From: Octopus vulgaris | Taxonomy: Eukaryota | Reading direction: 5' to 3' | Length of the DNA stretch: 64,000 nt | NCBI GenBank assembly: GCA_951406725.2 | Contig: OX597823.1 | Span: 16,120,001 to 16,184,000, forward strand | Shown here: piece by piece, positions 40,776 to 54,005 of the stretch | Layout of the letters: each line of letters opens with the position of its first letter | Numbering within the stretch: position 1 is the first letter of the stretch | The notes under the pieces: generated by a model | The model's input: only the letters and a program-made list of their open reading frames with translations | What the model was told of the DNA's origin: nothing | Databases searched by the model: none | Program-made: the position numbers and the translations under genes

Positions 40776-41580
40776 ATAAAATACTGCCCAAAATGTCCCA
40801 TCAAGCTTATGCTAACATGAGGTGGACATAAAGACAATGATGATGATACATATAGGTAGTCATGCCAACCCCAACCCTCAAAATACATAAGGTTCTTAGA
40901 AATTACATGGCATGCTCCTATATATACATTACAAATAACCAATGTGAGGATTCTATGAATCAATGCAAAACAACTGCAGCTGCCATCATTGCAGGAACTA
41001 ACTGCCAAGCTGTTACCTAACATTGCATTTTGGTAATGAAGTATACATAGATGTGTGTGTAGTTCTGTTACTACAGATGGGTGACTGGTGTCTGGGATAT
41101 GATAGATTCAGAAAATGCATACATCTGGCAAAAATTTGTTAAACAAAATAATGCTTTTAGATATATATTTTCTTTTTATTTATTCAGTTATTTTCGTTTT
41201 AAGAGTTTACTTTTGATTTTTCTTTTTCGGAGGGTTGGTTAGAAATACAAAACGAAAAAATAATAGTACAGGATTTTTCTTCTATGAAGGTGAAATGTAA
41301 CAGAGTGAATGAGGGAGGATCAAATCCTCTTCAGATCTTGGTTGTTATGCATCGTATGAATAAAAAGAAACCTACAGATTATTATCAGTTTTCAACGTCA
41401 AAATCAGGTTAATATAAATAGTTTAATAAATAAAAATAAATTTAAAAGTGGGGTTTACAAAAATAAAAGAGGGGATGGAACACAAAGACATCACTGTAGG
41501 GAGTGAAGTTAACATTGGAAGTCACCATCATTTTTAGTACTGGAAGTACCAAACAATCTAGTTGTACGAAAAGCAAGTGT

Positions 41581-41685
41581 TGGTCATTTATAGTCAAACA
41601 CTATATATATATACATATATAAATACATACATATATATACACATTTTTAAATATATATATATACATATATGTACACACATATACT

Positions 41686-41727
<42 letters not shown>

Positions 41728-41868
41728 CACACACTATACAGAAATACACATGTAAATATGTATACATATACACATATGTAAATACATATACACACATATA
41801 TATATATACGTGTATATACACATATATATATATATATATATATATATGTATACATACATACATATATA

Positions 41869-41931
<63 letters not shown>

Positions 41932-42068
41932 GTATATAAATGTGTACATACACTTTTATGTAATTAAATGTGTGCATATTTACACATGTAAATTATATAT
42001 ATATAAATATATAGATATACACATATACACTATACATAATATATATATGTATATCTATTATAATATAC

Positions 42069-42124
<56 letters not shown>

Positions 42125-42160
42125 TATATACACATATCTTGTAAATAATATATACATATA
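41581..42160. repeat. Degenerate (TA)/(CA) microsatellite region downstream of the MOB4 stop
   Basis: Direct reading. Confidence 0.9.
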
Positions 42161-42594
42161 TTTTTATTTCAATCAGCAATAACGTAACCTGTATATATTT
42201 CTCTTTTTTTTTTCAAGTTTGTCGATTTTTAACAGATTCTGTTTAATTGCTGATCTTTTTTTATATGTTAAGAATCTAGTATGTCAATTTAAACATAAAT
42301 AAGATTATAATAGAAAATAAAATGGTCAGAAAAAGACCAGTTAACACTTCTAGTGTTGAAGCTCTTCGTAGTTTCTTCCTACTTGCAACAACTCCCAATA
42401 CACTTTGCTACATTTGTGTAATTGGTTTATTAAGGTGTTCACAGTTGTCGTCAGTAGAGAAACTGGTTGTCAAACCCTGGCTACTATTATTTAAGTAAAA
42501 ACAGTTTTACTTAGCCAAGCAGAAACAGTACAGTAATTTTAAGTTTTTGGTTTTTAGGGGGTTTTTTTAACAGTAGTCACTTTTATTTTTCAAA

Positions 42595-42720
42595 TCAAGC
42601 TTCGCTCTCCCCATTCAGAGAAGCCTGGTCTTCCAGAATTGGTACTATCAGACTGTCCTTCGGCATCAGATTATATTTGGTAACAAATGTGGTAAACCGT
42701 CTACAAAGATTAGTCTCATT
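42595..42720 (-). CDS. MOB4: MOB4/phocein last coding exon (exon 8)
   Basis: AG acceptor; [41 protein letters not shown]; matches the MOB4 C-terminus (GESEA). Confidence 0.95.
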   Translation of the reverse strand, partial: NETNLCRRFTTFVTKYNLMPKDSLIVPILEDQASLNGESEA

Positions 42721-43209
42721 CTGAAAGGAAGAAAAAGAACTTTAAAGAAGAGAAAAAAATTTTTTTTTAAATAGCAATCATCATCATCATCAACGTTTAA
42801 CATCAGACAGAAGCCTTCTGTGACTGTTTTGGCAGGATTTTTACAGCTAGATGCCTTTCTTAACACCAACCAACCAGCAGAGTGGACTGTAATTAATAAT
42901 TTTTTTTAATTTAGTAGTAGGACAGAAATTTGAAGAGGAAGAATGAGAAGGAAAGGAAATATAATCAATGCCAGTACTTGGGTTAAGTTTGTAAATATCT
43001 AATGCTGAAGGATAACCTGAATAATACTGCTGGTTACAGCTTTTCGATGTGCCTATCTATGATTCGCTACATTTAAAATGATAAGACTGACAGGGAGTAT
43101 CTGTGTAATTAAGGCAGACAGGTACCACAAGTCCTTTTTTGTTTGTAAGCACCTGTTTACTGTTTATTTTCATTCACATTTACATCTTTCACCATATTAT
43201 AGTAGTTAT

Positions 43210-43414
43210 TTGTTTACTACCCACAAGGGGCTAAACAAGGACAAACAAACGGATTAAGTCGGTTATATCGACCCCAGTGCGTAACTGGTACTTAATTTAT
43301 CGACCCCGAAAGGTAAAGTCGACCTAGGCGGAATTTGAACTCAGAACGTAATGCCAGACGAAATACGGCTACACATTTCGCCCGGTGTGCTAACGTTTCT
43401 GCCAGCCTGCCGCC
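43210..43414 (-). mobile_element. SINE family A
   Basis: Similarity to 19261. Confidence 0.85.
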
Positions 43415-44237
43415 ATATTATAGTAGTGATAGGCACACACCCAACCACAAACACACACACAAGATGTTCTGGCCAAATCTGACGAATTTTTGCCTCCTTT
43501 TCTGAGGAACAGCTTGATGTATTGGTAAACAGTCAACAGCATTAGAGAGCATAAAAAAATTGAGACAAAGTTAGCTGACACGGAGGGTTGGGAGCCATCT
43601 GCATATTGGAAATTAGTTACTTGTATTATGATGATTCACATTAGGTATCAAAATGCTGACATCATCACTGCTGCTCAATACTCTGTGAATACTATAAAAG
43701 CTGTAAAGCCATGACATGGACAGCTTTAACAGAAACTACAAAGCTGTGGTGAGCAAAAAGGGACACAGCGAGCATTTCCTTTTATGCAAACTGTCAAATT
43801 TACCCTGAACACACTGTATATACAGAGAGAGAGAGAGTTAGAGACAATAGTTTCCTCACAGTTCCTATCTTCTAAATTTCACTCAAAAAAACATTGGTCT
43901 AATTAAGGCTAAAGTGGAACAGAGGTTCTGCACAATGAGATCGAACCCAAAACCCACATAGCTGAGAAATAACTCAGGCATTAAGGGGACGTAACTCAAT
44001 GATGCAAATGTCCAGCACGCTACCGTTAATGAATATTGCTCTCCAAAAAACAACGTTCAAATAGTTCAAAGTGACAGTATGTTACCCTATTGTTTGTATT
44101 GTGCATGACAGTGAAGATGTTGAGAAAACAAGAGACAGGTGATGGCTATGAATGAGGATGAATAAATGAGCTTAACTGTTCAAGGTAAGTGAAAACAGAT
44201 AGATTAAGTTCCAACAATTCATATATTTAGCAACAAC

Positions 44238-44520
44238 ACGTAAAAGCACCATCCGTTCGTGTCCGTTGCCAGCCTCGCCTGGCCCCCGTGCCGGTAGCAC
44301 ATAAAAGCACCATCCGTTCGTGGCCGTTTGCCAGCTCCGTCTGGCACCTGTGCGGGTGGCACATAAAAAGCACCCACTACACTCACGGAGTGGTTGGCGT
44401 TAGGAAGGGCATCCAGCCGTAGAAACACTGCCAGATCAGACTGGGCCTGATGCAGCCTTCTAGCTTCACAGACCCCAGTTGAACCGTCCAACCCATGCTA
44501 GCATGGAAAGTGGACGCTAA

Positions 44521-44562
<42 letters not shown>
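44238..44562 (+). mobile_element. RTE-LINE 3' UTR fragment with (ATG)n tail
   Basis: AAAAGCACC repeats, GGAAGGGCATCCAG, CCAACCCATGCTAGCATGG, (ATG)n. Confidence 0.8.
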
Positions 44563-44564
<2 letters not shown>

Positions 44565-44566
<2 letters not shown>

Positions 44567-45805
44567 CAGGAATGGAAATTAGGACAAAGAAGTATGGTAT
44601 ACTTATAATAAAAAGAGGAAGATATTGTAAGCAGATGGTGGTGAAGGATATGGAAGAGAATGGATATATGTACTTAATACTATTAGTCAACAATGTCAAA
44701 GAGATTGCAATGAAGGAACTATCTGGTAAAGAATACCAGAGAAGAATAAAATTATATGAACGAAACATATTAGCAATAAATATGTGTTGTATCTGTAATA
44801 AAATGGAAGCAGGGGGTTGTCAAAAGAACAAGGAAAAACTCCAGAAGTTGGAAAGTAAAGACTAAGAAATTGAAGACATTTCGGGGAGCATTGCTCTGAA
44901 AAGTGATATTCAATGGCTTTGCCTGCATAGGAAAAGTGTAAGAAGAGATTTGGTAAGTTGCAAGGAAAGTAAAAGAATCAAAAAGAATGTAATTGTTCAG
45001 AACCATCGTTGGAGTGACACAGCAGAGACAGCATTGATAAGGATGAACATAAGGGAACCAGAAGAGAGGAAAAAACAGATGTGATGAAGAGGGAAAAACA
45101 ATGCATGGAGGATTTGTCCAGAGATGGAGAAATAAGTTACAAGCATGGATTATCTTCACCATTACTGATATCTCTGATATGAAAATGGCTGTGAAAATCA
45201 AACCTAAACATTTGAAAAGAAGCATTAATCTGTGTAACACAAGAAAAAGCGCTTAGAAGAAACTATGTGAAATATGAAGATGATAAAATTGTTGAATCCC
45301 ACTTAAGCAAACTGTGTGGTATAAAAGGTGAAAAGATCAAACATAATATTTCATATTGTTCAATGGGAACTATGTGGAGGATATAATTTGTAGAGAGCTG
45401 ATAGATGGTATGAACATTAACCTAATGTAGTGAAAGAAAATGAGAAAGTTGTGGTATTTCATCATTCAGTATGATCAATATTTTAAGACAAGAAGACCAT
45501 GACTTGTTAGAGTTATCAAAAAGAAAGACACTGCACAATAGAGCATTTCCAAGGGTCAACAGAGAGTGTGAGAACAAACAAGAAAAAAATTGACAAATTC
45601 CAAAATCTGAAAAACGAAGTTGCAAGGATGTGAAGCATAAATAAGTTGAAATTGTACCAGGGTAGTGGGCACTTTTGGTATAAGCATGAAGAAAATGTAA
45701 TTATAACTGGAAAAGACTGGGATTAAAATTCCAACAGAACTATTATTAGAAAATTGTTTTACCTAGAAACTACAAGGATCCTAAGAGAGATGCTTGAAAA
45801 CTGAA
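44565..45805 (+). mobile_element. Highly degraded RLE-type non-LTR fragment
   Basis: GMEIRTKKYGILIIKRG and KTMHG remnants; VPG..GTFG-like C-terminal remnant. Confidence 0.55.
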
Positions 45806-46039
45806 CAGATGAATGAATATTCCTAAAGGACCCTTGATTATGAGCTAGGGGTTTAGTTGATACCATTGACCTCAATACCTAACTAGTACTGTATTTTATC
45901 AACCCCAGATGGATGAAAGACCCAGCTGACTTTAGCATGATTTGAACTCAGAATGTAAAGAGCCTACCAGTGAGTGACAGAAGAGAGTAGGTCACCAGTG
46001 AATCTGACTTCACAGAAACTAAATAGAATAAAAAAAAAG

Positions 46040-46412
46040 ACAAGAGCACTCAGAGAGTGCAAACCTCCACCAAGGTAACACCAACGTCCTCTCAACGATT
46101 AGCCAGAGACGATTTTTAAAACGAGAATATCTGAAATAAACTCGATTGCTCTCACAAACGAGAATACTAAAAGTGAACCCGACCGCTCTCAAAAATTAAT
46201 AAAAAAAAAAACAGGAAAAATAATCCAGAATCCTTATCTGGTACCGGATCAATCCCAAAATTTAATCTGTTCATGCTAGTCACAAGGCCAAACATCCCTG
46301 AAAGTTTCATCCGAATCCATCTGGTAGTTCGTGGGATATCATGCTACAGACAAACAAACAAACAAACACGACTGAAAACAATAACTCCGCCTTAGTAAAG
46401 GCGAAGGTAATA
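46040..46412 (+). mobile_element. Helentron-associated (DINE-1/HINE-like) element
   Basis: ACCTCCACC subterminal motif, AAGTTTCATCCGAATCC core, (ACAA)n, 3' stem-loop CGCCTT-AGTA-AAGGCG. Confidence 0.65.
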
Positions 46413-46603
46413 ATGTAACAGCAGCCTTTTTAATCCACATTTACAATCAAAAGTAGGATGACTATTCATCTACCAGTAAAAAGAATTATTTCAACAATAT
46501 GCAAATGCATAAATCTGCCAACATTATGCCACTGCTTACAAGAACAATTTTTTTTAAATACAAATAGTAAATATATTTTCAAAAGAAAAAATCAGTAAAT
46601 TAC

Positions 46604-46715
46604 CTCAAATTTGTCAAACAGCATTCTGTGATGAAAATAAGCGTGAGAAAATATTCGATAGACTCTTCTACAAACAGACCCGAGCTTGGCTACGGATGAC
46701 TCTTTTATACTGACC
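46604..46715 (-). CDS. MOB4: MOB4 exon 7
   Basis: AG/GT; (R)[37 protein letters not shown]; 112 bp. Confidence 0.97.
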
Positions 46716-46816
46716 CTGCAAATAAATAAATAAATAGAATTTTAAAAATGCAGCAAGATATTAAAGATATTTCAGCATGCCAGTGAAGACAATTACAATT
46801 TCCATACCTATACCTA

Positions 46817-47465
46817 TCATCATCATCATCATCATTTAGCGTATGTTTTCCATGCTAGCATGGGTTGGACGGTTCAACTGGGGTCTGTGAAGCCGGAAGG
46901 CTTCATCAGGCCCAGTCAGATTTGGCAGTGTTTCTACGGCTGGATGCCCTTCCTAACGCCAACCACTCCGTGAGGGTAGTGGGTGCTTTTTATGTGCCAC
47001 CTGCACAGGTGCCAGACAGAGCTGGCAAACGGCCACGAACGGATGGTGTTTTTACGTGCCACCGGCACGGGGGCCAGGCAAGGCTGGCAACGGACACGAA
47101 CGGATGGTGCTTTTACATGCTACCGGCACGGAGGCCAGGTGTGGTTGGCAACGGACACGAGCGGATGGTGCTTTTACGTGCCAGGCGTGGCTGGCAACGG
47201 ACAAACGATCGGATGGTTCGCTTAACCACAGCTGCAATTTCCACTGATGTTGATCGGCCTCAATTTTGGTTCTGCTTTCTGATATCTGATTTGGTTTGGT
47301 TTGATTTTGACTGTTCTCACTGGTCTTGCCGGGTCTTCTCACGCACAGCATACTTCCATAGGTCTCGGTCTCTAGTCATTTCCTTGGTGAGACCTAAAGT
47401 TCGAAGGTCGTGCTTCACCACCTCTTCCCAGGTTTTCCTGGGTCTACCTCTTCCACAGGTTCACC
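46817..47465 (-). mobile_element. RTE-LINE 3' end (ORF C-terminus, UTR, (ATG)n)
   Basis: Minus strand RGRPRKTWEEVVKHDLRTLGLTKEMTRDRDLWKYAV; UTR is an inverted homologue of 44238-44562. Confidence 0.85.
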
Positions 47466-47763
47466 TATGTATGCCTATATATGCTACCTGTTGTCAATAT
47501 ATGCGATTCTCAGTAATTCATTCAACCTAGAAATAAATGAGGACTAAGGTGAAGTATAGCTCATAGCAGTAAACATTTTGCATATTGTATGGCCAACAAC
47601 TATTTCATTAGCTTGAGACACTGGTGCATCATTATACTTCAGTTTACTTCTTGGAATACTGGAATAAATCCGCTTTAGCAATGGTGTTAGAAAACTCAAC
47701 ATGACTTGCATACAAAGATTTCTTATTTAAATTAATGGAATAATATCATCATCATCATTTTTA

Positions 47764-47990
47764 TTTCTTTACTACCCACAAGGGGCTAAACACAGAGGGG
47801 ACAAACAAGGACAGACAAACGGATTAAATCGATTACATCGCCGCCAGTGCGTAACTGGTACTTAATTTATCGACCCCGAAAGGATGAAAGGCAAAGTCGA
47901 CCTCGGCGGAATTTGAACTCGGAACATAACGACAGACGAAATACGGCTACGCATTTCGCTCGGCCTACTAACGTTTCTGCCAGCTCACCA
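47764..47990 (-). mobile_element. SINE family A
   Basis: Similarity to 19261. Confidence 0.88.
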
Positions 47991-47992
47991 CT

Positions 47993-49410
47993 ATCATCAT
48001 CATCATTGTTTAACGTCCACCTTCCATGCTGGCATGGGTTGGACGGTTTGACAGGAGCCAGCCAGGCTGGAGCCGGCCAGGCAGGAGCCAGCCAGGCTGG
48101 AGCCGGCCAGGCAGGAGCCAGCCAGGCAGGAGCTGGCCAGGCAGGAGCTGGCCAGGCTGGAGCCGGCCAGGCAGGAACCTGCACCAGACTTCTGTGTTTG
48201 TTGTGGCAGGGATTTTACAGTTGGATGCTCTTCCTAACACCAACCACCCAGTAGAGTAGACTGAGTGCTTTTTACATGGCCCAAGCACAGGTGAGGTCAG
48301 TTTTGGCAAGGTTTTTACAGCTGGATGCCCTTCCAAATACCAACCACTTTACAAAGTGTACGGGATGCTTTTTACATGGCATCAGCACTGGCAGGGTCAC
48401 CAAGTAACTTGCAAGACAAAGATCCTTTGAGAGGAGAGGGGGCATTGGAGGAGGTGATCTTGTGTCGGATGATGAAAGGTCATAGTAAGACAGAGAGACA
48501 GAAACTGGTGTCTTGCTATAGAGGAGGTATATGGTTAACCTGACCAGAGAGAGAATGATCAGGAATAAAGACAGATACAGGTGTGCTGCTGTAATGGAGA
48601 TACATGGTTACCCAGCCTGAGGGAAGAGCAGAAAGAGAGAGAGAGTGGAAGACAGCAAGAGCTCAAGAGAGATGGTGGTAAAGTGCTGGGCACATTCAAA
48701 AGGAACAGGGATCAGAATATAAATGGGATGGTCGAGTAAAAGAGAAAAATAGATGGTGGCAAGTACCAAGGCATACCCTTGAGGCACAGAGGTAATAATA
48801 TAAGTGGCAAGACATTACCAAAGAAGCATAAGTAAAGAGTGAGGGAGGGGAATGCAGTGAGTGATGAAAACCTGGGTATATAGAGGGGGTAGCTACTGGG
48901 TGGTAATGATACAGTGAAGAGGGATGCGAGGACAGGATCGGAGAGTGAAAGGTAAGCATAGGGCATGAAAGAGATGTGAGGAAGAGAAGAGATGTAGATT
49001 GGCTTGTTGGGGAGGATTGTGTGAAAAGCTTTCTTGTTATGTGTGGGTGGAACATAGAGTGCATCTAGAACTCAGTTTTGCTGACGTGGGTGGATCTTCT
49101 CAAGAACCTCATATCACATCTCGGTCCATTGTCATTTCCTCCATGAGGTCCAACATCCTGAGATCAGCCCTTATCACTCCATCCTATGTATTCCTGGGTC
49201 TCCCTCTTCTGTGGGTAACATCCACTCTCAGCACTTCTTTATGCAGCTGTCTTCATTCATACATGTCCAAACCAATGTAGTCTTTCTCTCTTGCATGCTA
49301 CATTTGAGTCCTCTTATGCCCAACTTTTCTCTCAATACATTTGCACTTTATTGTACATACACACTGGTGTTGCACATCCAACAGAGCATACTGCCTTCAT
49401 CTCTCTCCAG
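47993..49410 (-). mobile_element. Degraded RTE-LINE 3' region containing a 15-bp minisatellite (48053-48178)
   Basis: (CAT)n tail, RTE UTR motifs, GRPRNT ORF remnant at ~49200; ~8 units of (A/T)GGAGCC(A/G)GCCAGGC. Confidence 0.7.
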
Positions 49411-49553
49411 TCTACTATATACAAATATTTAAATGCAATGATGGATAACATTCAAATCTACAATCAAACACTTTTGTTTTGAATAACAAAAGCATGGCAA
49501 TTATTGTTCATTATTTCGGGTTACTAAAAACATAATTAAGATTAGAGACTTAC

Positions 49554-49633
49554 CGGCTTGGAAAATACTTAGTGCTATTTAATAGACAAGCAGCTCCATC
49601 TAATGTATGTCTTGTGTAGTCAATAGCAGGACA
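49554..49633 (-). CDS. MOB4: MOB4 exon 6
   Basis: AG/GTAAGT; [26 protein letters not shown](R); 80 bp. Confidence 0.97.
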
Positions 49634-49671
49634 CTGGAAATAAATTAAAATGCTATATTTATTACAGTATG

Positions 49672-49714
<43 letters not shown>

Positions 49715-50915
49715 TTTATTTAAAGCAGCAGAAAATTCAACAAAATATATTTATATATATATATATATAAGTAATTGAATGAATTATCTTAGTATGGATA
49801 ATTCGGTTAACCGATACCTGGGTAGCAAATTCACGTCAGAAAAACATGGTTGAAGGGCAGAGATCACGTGCTTTCGTGTGGAAATTTGTCGTTCAACTCC
49901 ATTCTTTCATTTATTTATATATATATATGTGTGTGTGTGTGTGTAAAGAAACTAAGAGCTTTTTGAAAGAATATTTTCTTTTCACTACTGTCACAAGTTG
50001 TTGTCAATAGAAAAACTATGTTGTTGCAGGTAAACAGTTAGTTGTGAAGAGAATGTTCTTGCTGGCTTTAAATATTCAAGAAGTTTTAGAAAATACAGCG
50101 AAAATGGAAGAGATGAAGATGATGATGGAGTAAGAGAGAGAACAAATTGGGACAAGCAATACAAAGCGTCACTGTGGATGAAGTCAGAGAACAAGGATTA
50201 AATCAGCTTATGAAGAAAAAAAATTGTCATATTGACTGCCAGATATGATAAATATTCTTTCCATTTAATCAAAATTCTGGTTAATACCATGAGCAGCGAT
50301 TGTATAATTTCATTGTTTTCACCATTTAAAATAATTCGACTGAAATTGGCTGAGATGTCAAGGGAGATAACTTACAAATGTTTGCAATATCAGTTTGGGA
50401 AAGAAATTATACTATGTATGTCTTTATAATAGGACTGGATGTCTAATTTTACACACGTTTAACCATTCTTTTCTTAAGGCAAAAAGAAAAAACAGTAAAT
50501 AATAGTGAGAAAATTAAGAAATTTTTTTATACCAAATATTTTTATCAATGTGACAACTACTATGTAATATTTTACTTTAAGAGTTAAGCTTTTTACCATT
50601 GAAATTAACCAAATCTAACCATCACAAAGACAAAGCAACTTGATCAAATTAGCCATGTCTAATCTTGTTAACACACAACCATTGTTATTAACTTCTTTAA
50701 TTCTTATAAGAACCCATTACGCTTGTGTTTTGAATATTAAAGCGTTCAAAAGCAGTTTGTCTACTGGATTGAAAATCTTGACAGAATCATCATTCCAGGT
50801 TTCTTGGTGTATATTCCAGAACAAGACACTTTATACTCAAAAAAGAATTTCAAAATTAGTTTTCTCATTATCTAAAATGTCATATACAGAGAAGGAGCAG
50901 TGTTGGATGGTGGGG

Positions 50916-51314
50916 TGAGTGAGAGGGCATAGATATGAATGACATGCCTTTAGGACCTCATTTTTATTTAGCTCATGTTTCACTACAAGGTAGCAATTCT
51001 GTTTCTATACAAGCATTATACCTTTCACTCTGAAGGAGAAGCCCTTTCTTACCAACAAAAGTAATAGCACTTAGGACTTTCTCCAGTAACTACACTTTCA
51101 GAGCATCCTCCTCTCTGAAAGTGTAGTTACTAGAAGCAAATAACTGGAGTAAGTCCAAGGAGCTGTTACTTTTGTTGGTAACAAAGGGCTTCTCCCTCAA
51201 AGTGAAAGGCATAATGCTTGTATAAAAACAGAATTGCTACCTTGTAGTGAAACAGGAGCTAAATAAAAATGAGGTCCTAAAGGCATGTCATTCATATCTA
51301 TGCCCTCTCACTCA
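50916..51314. repeat. ~400-bp foldback (MITE-like) in MOB4 intron 5
   Basis: TGAGTGAGAGGGCATAG...CTATGCCCTCTCACTCA; ~170-bp arms plus nested 19-bp hairpin at 51085-51131. Confidence 0.85.
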
Positions 51315-52035
51315 AAACTCAATCCCCCCTAATGCCGCTCCCTCTCTCCACCCAAGTTCACCACTCACTTCATTCCTCTCCCCTCTATCTACCACTCTCC
51401 TTTTGCATTCTCATGAGTTTACCTGCACACAATTTCTCCCTGACATGTCCCTTTCTCTTGCAATTCATCTTCTAACCTCCTCCTCCCATCCTAGTTCACT
51501 CACTGCATTCCCTGCCCCACCATCTCCAACACTCCTCTACTGCAAGACACCTGCTTCTATCCCTCTATCATACTCTAACCTTTTATCACCTGGCACACAG
51601 CCACTTCCCTCAATAATACTTCCACCTCATTTGAGGAGTCTTGCCATGCAAGCTACTTGGTAACCTCACTGGTGCTGGTGCCACATAAAAAGTACCCAGT
51701 ATACTCTGTAAAGCGGATGGCATTAGGAAGCATATCCAGTCATAGAGCTTGGGTCAGTCCTATGGCTTGCTAGCTCTTGTTAAGCCATACAAGCCATGCC
51801 ATGATTAAAAATTAGTGCTAAATGATATATACTATATTTTAGTGTGTATAATATATACTATATTATACTAATGTGTATAATATATACTATATTTTAATGT
51901 GTATAATTTTTTGTCAAAAATTAGGTTAAAAAAATGGCAATTTCTTATACATGGATAGTATCATAAACCCTTACAAAACCTTTTTACCAAATTTTAAGCC
52001 CCAAAAAACATGTTAAAATATGGTGTATTTATATA

Positions 52036-52083
<48 letters not shown>

Positions 52084-52322
52084 CATCATCACCACTTTTA
52101 ACATCCACTTTTCAATGCTTGCTTGGGCCAGACAGAATATATTGAGAAAAAAATACACACACTCACAGAGAACACATATCAATCACTAAAACATCAAAAA
52201 TAAATAAAAAAATATTTCATGCTGGAGAAGGTTAAAGTTATTTATACTTCTCACATGTATGATGGTGATGCTCATTTACAATCCTCACATGATATCAAGA
52301 CAAGGGTACACACACACACACA

Positions 52323-52393
<71 letters not shown>

Positions 52394-52537
52394 AGTTTTT
52401 GTCAACCAAATCCACTCATAAGTTGTGCTCAGCCCAAAACAACACAATGAGACTGAACTTGAACCCACGTGATTTGGAAACAAACTTCTTGATCACACAA
52501 CCGCACACGCACCTACCACAGCCACGTCAGTACCAAT

Positions 52538-52586
<49 letters not shown>

Positions 52587-52849
52587 TCATCATCATCATC
52601 ATTTAACGTCCACTTTCCAAGCTGACATGGGTTGGAAGGTTGACTGAGGGCTGGTGATATATATATATATGTATGTATATTAATTATATAAAAACAGATA
52701 ACATCATTAATGATTTTTACCCTTTATTATATAATTAATACAGAAAAAAATTTCACTCCTGATCAAAGTTGCATTTGATATAGAACACGTGGTTGAAGAG
52801 AAGGATGGGAATTCTACTTAATTGTATATTTTTGTAAATGTATACATAT

Positions 52850-53075
52850 ATTTCTTTTTACCCACAAGGGGCTACACATAGAGGGGACAAACAAGGATAA
52901 ATGGATTAAGTCGATTACATCAACCCCAGTGCATAACTGGTAATTATTTAAATGACCCCGAAAGAATGAAAGGCATGGTCAACCTCAGAGTAATTTGAAC
53001 TTAGAACGTAATAGCAGCCAAAATACCACTAAGCATTTCACCCGTTGTGCTAACGATTCTACCAGCTCGCTGCCC
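52850..53075 (-). mobile_element. SINE family A (diverged)
   Basis: Similarity to 19261. Confidence 0.8.
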
Positions 53076-53161
53076 TAAATGTATATATATATATTGTTGT
53101 ATGAAGTTGCTGCTCGTATACATATATGTAAATACTTGTAAATTTATACTATGGAATAACG

Positions 53162-53222
53162 GTGCCGAAGATAGCAGTAGGTATAATTTTTTACCTTAAG
53201 CTTGAAACAAGATCTTGTACAC
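53162..53222 (+). ncRNA. Type I hammerhead ribozyme (U4C variant) in a TA-flanked insert (~53090-53385)
   Basis: GTG-CCGAAGA-stem II AGC/GCT, AGGTA/TACCT-GAAAC-AAGATCTT-GTA-CAC; palindrome ACAAGATCTTGT. Confidence 0.72.
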
Positions 53223-53375
53223 ATTTAACCAAAAGTTTAATTCATTATCTTTTTTTTGGTCAACTACAGCCCATGTTTTTTAAGGTGGTGTTGGCATCAT
53301 TTGGCATCTATTTTCACCACATGGAGAAGCATAATGCCAATCTCTTATAATTATGTATATAATTATTATAATATT

Positions 53376-53406
<31 letters not shown>

Positions 53407-53504
53407 TCATGGAAGGTATCAACTATCTCAACCAGTTAAGAACTAGCAACATTGAAGAATTATTTTCAATTACAATTTTTTGATATAAGAAATTTGAATA
53501 ATAC

Positions 53505-53591
53505 CTCTTTTGGGGTCTTATGTGCAGCACACAAGAATATCCATTGTTCTGTGGCAGTCATCTGGGTACAGCTATCTGGATTACATTCATT
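53505..53591 (-). CDS. MOB4: MOB4 exon 5
   Basis: AG/GT; [29 protein letters not shown]; 87 bp. Confidence 0.97.
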
Positions 53592-53962
53592 CTGAAACAA
53601 GTTTTCAAAATATGTATTGACTCAATAAGTAGTGTGTAAATACATAAATAGATAAATATGTTGTTGATGCCATAAGAATTTACAAACTTTTCAGAGAACA
53701 TGAAATAATCCTTTTTTGAAACATTGGTTCTTACAGTACATATAAAGCTATAAATAATAGAATGTACATATTGGGTCGAAAAACCCGTTTGGATGAAAAG
53801 AGTCAAAGACTGCCATAAGAGACAAACCCACATCTCCTGTCTACAGAAGCTGTGGTTTTTATAGTACCATGGGTAACCACGAAATAAACAAAATAGTTGG
53901 GTAACTGACTGATATTAATAATGCTCAAAGTGATATTTAAAAATCATAAAATGTTTAATTAC

Positions 53963-54005
53963 CTGCAGTTTAACAGCAAGTCCATTGAGCTCCATACAGA
54001 ACTGC
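53963..54005 (-). CDS. MOB4: MOB4 exon 4
   Basis: AG/GT; (R)QFCMELNGLAVKLQ; 43 bp. Confidence 0.96.

Noticed and set aside
47847-48336. GAGQA/PAWPA repeat proteins
   Set aside because: Products of a 15-bp minisatellite within SINE/RTE sequence in a MOB4 intron
49770-49915. TA-bounded insert with minus-strand GAAAGCACGTGATC
   Set aside because: Possibly a very decayed member of the hammerhead elements, but the CUGANGA box is not recognisable; too weak to call
51826-51907. Three copies of a ~27-bp AT-rich unit
   Set aside because: Simple local tandem duplication with no spacers
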